The translations under genes and the position numbers were made by a program. A DNA stretch of 64,000 nucleotides from the human T2T-CHM13v2.0 reference genome, Homo sapiens, in NCBI RefSeq assembly GCF_009914755.1, contig NC_060927.1. One strand, 5' to 3'. Of the stretch, positions 60,901 through 64,000 are shown piece by piece. The notes beneath the pieces were generated by a model, which saw only the letters and a list, made by a program, of their open reading frames with translations, searched no databases and was not told the origin of the DNA. Position 1 is the stretch's first letter. The number at the start of each line of letters is the position of its first letter.

Positions 60901-61574
60901 ACCTTGTGCTAAATCCTTAGACTTTGAACGTGGACATTTCAGTGCAAGCCTCTCTTCTCCCAGAACCTCTAGACAATGCTAGCTCATTCTATTGTGTGTG
61001 TATGCGCGTGTGTGTGGCTATGTGGCTACTGCAGCATGGAGGAAGAATAAAGTGTGTTATAAAGAGACAGAGTGGATCTGTGGCCTTTGAGAGTGCTCCT
61101 GCTGTATCTCAGTAAGTACAAAAATGTGCCTGGAAACTTAAAAGGTGCCCCACCATGCACTCAGCTGGCCAGTCCCTGACAGTAAACCTCTGATCAGTAG
61201 TGTCCTGTATTTAGTGACTAAAGGTATTTCTTAGACGTGGTCATGTCCTAACCTCAAGGCTGAGAGGACATTTGAGAACATGTTCACTAGGTAAGAAAAA
61301 CCTCTGACACCTCTAGTGAATTTCTATTTTAAATAAAACATAACAACCTGCAGCTACAAGGCATCACTTGTGCCTTTACAAAGTAGGGATATATTTTCAC
61401 TGCTGTTACTTTTTGCCAAATAGAGACATCATCTCTTGCAGTAAAACTGAGTAAGAAAATGATGAGATCCCTCTCAAGCAGTGAGCCACATAGAGAAACA
61501 AAAGTGCTGAGAGGCAAGAGATTCCAAGGAATTCATCCATCAAGCTGGCCTTCTCTGAATTCATCTGTTGAATT

Positions 61575-63402
61575 TTTTTTGTTTATTTTTATTTTTTAAA
61601 GTTCATTGGTTTTTAGTACATTCTCAAAATCGTGCACAATCACCACTAATTTCAGAACATTTTCATCACCCGAAAAAGAAACCCCAAACCCTTAGTAGTC
61701 ATGCCTCATCTCTCACAGCCTCCAGGCCCTGGCAAACGCTAATCTATATTCACTCTATATAGATTCGTCCATTTTAGACATTGCATTTCAATGCAGTCAG
61801 ACAATATGTGGGCTTTTGCACCTGGCTTCTTTCACTTAGCAAGTTTTCAAGGCTCATCCATGTTGTGGCATGTGTGAGTACTTCATTTCTTTTTAGAGTC
61901 TAATAATGTTCCATTGCGTGGACAGACCACATTTTATTTCCCATTCATCAGTTGGTAGACATTTGGGTTGTTTCCACTTTTTGGCTATTACAAATAATGT
62001 TGCTATGAACATTGGTGTACAAGTTTTTGTGTGTATGTACGTTTTCATTTCTCTTGGGTAAATACCTAGGAGTGGCATTCCTGGGTCATATGGTCACTCT
62101 ACGTTTAACTTTTTGAGGTACTGCCAAACTGTTTTTCAAAGCAGGTGCACCATTTACATTCCCACCAACAATTTAAATTTCTACCAGTTTCTCTACATCC
62201 TCACCGACACTCGTTCTTGTCCATCTTTTTATTGTAGCCATCCTAGTGATTGTAAACTGGAATCTCATTGTGATTTTGACTTGCATTTCCCTAATGAATA
62301 ATAATGTTGAGTATTTTTTCATGTGCTTAGTAGCCATTTGCATATCTTCTTTGGAGAAATGTCTATTCAAACCGTTAGCCCATTTTTTAAATTGATTTAT
62401 TTTTCTCCTTATTGTTGTGTTATAAGAGTTATTTATATATTCCAGATACAAGCCCCTTATCATATATATGACTCGCAAATATTTTCTCCCATTCTGCAGG
62501 TTATCTTTTCACCTTCTTGATAGGGTCTTTTCAATCACAAAAGCTTCAAATCTTGATTAAGTCCAATTTACCTATTTTTCCATTGGTTGCTTGTGTCTTT
62601 GGTATCATATCTAAGAAACCACTGCCTAATTCAAGGTTACAAAGATCTATGCCTATGTTTCTTTCTAAGATTTTATAGTTTCAGCTCTTATATTTAGATC
62701 TTGGATGCGTTTTGAGTTGATTTTTGCACATAGTGTGAGTAAAGGTCCAACCTCATTCTTTTGCACTTGCATATCATTGTCTCGGTGCCATTTGTTGAAA
62801 AGACTCTCCTTTCTCTATTGAATTGTCTTGGGAACCTTGTCAAAAATCAATTGACCGTAAGTATAAGTGTTCATATCTGTACTCTTTATTCTGCTCCGTA
62901 TGTCTATCCTTAAACCAGTAACACACTGAGCTGATTACCTTTATCGTAAATTATGAAATCAGGAAGTGTGAATCCACCAACTTTGTTCTTTTTCAAGGCT
63001 TATTTGGATATTCTGGGTCCCTTGCATTTCTTTATGAATTTTGGGACTAGCTTATCAATTTCTGTAAAAAAGCCAGCTATGATTTTCATAAGGATTGCAC
63101 TGAATCTGCATGTCAGTTAGGATAGTATTGCCATCTTAACAATACTAAGTCTGATCCATGAACACAGGATGTCTTTCCATTTATTTAAGCCTTCTTTAAT
63201 TTCTTTCCAATTTTGTAGTTTTCAGTCTTGCACTTGTTTTGTTAAGTTGATTCCTATTTTATTCTTTCTGATGGTATTATAAATGGAATTATTTAACTTC
63301 GTTTTCATATTGTTTGTTGCTAGTATAAAGAAATACAATTCATTTTTGTATATTGATCTTGTATCTTGAAACCTTGCGGAACTTGCTTATTAGTTCTAAT
63401 AG

Positions 63403-63435
<33 letters not shown>

Positions 63436-63535
63436 AGTTCCTTAGGATTTTCTATATACAAAACTGTGTCATCTGCAAATAGTTTTACTTCTTCTTTTCC
63501 TATCTGGATACATTTATTTCTTTTTCTTTCCCAAA
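61575..63535 (-). mobile_element. Old L1M (L1MB-like) 3' fragment, ~2 kb
   Basis: Minus-strand ORF2-like peptides ([25 protein letters not shown]; PLLGIYPREMKTYIHTKTCT) and an L1MB-type 3' end (cagaacattttcatcaccc...ggcttctttcacttagc). Confidence 0.85.
63405..63434. repeat. (TG)n/(CA)n microsatellite within the OXTR 3' UTR
   Basis: tgtgtgcgtgtgtgtgtgtgtgtgtgtgtg. Confidence 0.9.
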
Positions 63536-64000
63536 TGCTTCTTAAACATTAGCTTCTTAAACATTTTTAACCCAAGTTCTAATAGGTCCACTGCGCCAGA
63601 TGGTCTTACAAGGTAATCCCCTTCTCTTAGGGCTACCCTCTGACAAGCTGGTCCCCAAGGACCCCAGCATTTGTTCGCTTAAAGGCAAATACACTTTGAG
63701 GTCAGGAGGATCTTAGCACCACCCTTCCCATCTGAGGTCCCAACCCCACTGCTTACCCCAAGTCCAGAACACTGGACTTCCTGACCCAATTGGTCACCAA
63801 TCCTATATTTACCGCTTTTCACAATATCCCAGAATGAAGAAGTAAAAATATACTGGAGTGAAATTACAAGTCCAGGAGAAAAAACAAGCCACTCACTGCC
63901 CAGGGCAGCAGTGGGTTCAGGGTGGTAGAAGTACGTGTAGGAGGCCAGGGTGTTGTCTGATGGCTGAGTCCCCTATCATCTTCCATCATGGAGGCCACTC

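Larger units (their letters stand above)
61565..64000 (-). other. OXTR: Distal 3' UTR (last exon) of the oxytocin receptor gene; the CDS lies beyond the right edge
   Basis: The reverse complement of the window end (gagtggcctccatgatggaagatgataggggactcagccatcagacaacaccc...) matches the OXTR mRNA 3' UTR as I recall it, and OXTR is the known convergent neighbour of CAV3. Minus-strand AATAAA hexamers at 61582-61593. No OXTR coding sequence is visible here. Confidence 0.8.

Noticed and set aside
63759-63797. Short inverted repeats (aagtccag-aaca-ctggactt; tgacc-caatt-ggtca) as an estrogen response element
   Set aside because: The half-sites are everted with a 5-bp spacer, not GGTCAnnnTGACC, and 8-bp stems are expected by chance in 64 kb.

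Overview
This is human (hominoid) genomic DNA, which I recognise from sequence as the CAV3 locus on 3p25. From left to right it contains: the 3' end of an OR7E olfactory-receptor (pseudo)gene in an Alu/L1M-rich block (1-5.2 kb); an ~8.3 kb array of a near-palindromic ~63-bp satellite (SATR1/SATR2 type); repeat-rich intergenic DNA with a full-length but inactivated L1PA2/3 element (27.3-33.3 kb) inserted into an Alu tail; the complete two-exon CAV3 gene (151 aa, + strand); and the distal 3' UTR of the convergent OXTR gene (- strand), most of which is an old L1. There are no prokaryotic-type systems, and nearly all short ORFs in the track come from repeats or chance. The most interesting hypothesis is a sense-oriented MST (MaLR) LTR just upstream of CAV3 exon 2. 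It has a strong-Kozak ATG, an open frame and a CAG|GTATGT donor in phase with exon 2, which predicts a 154-aa caveolin-3 with a different N-terminus. I have no expression data for this. Repeat subfamily names are from visual recognition and need RepeatMasker/Dfam confirmation.
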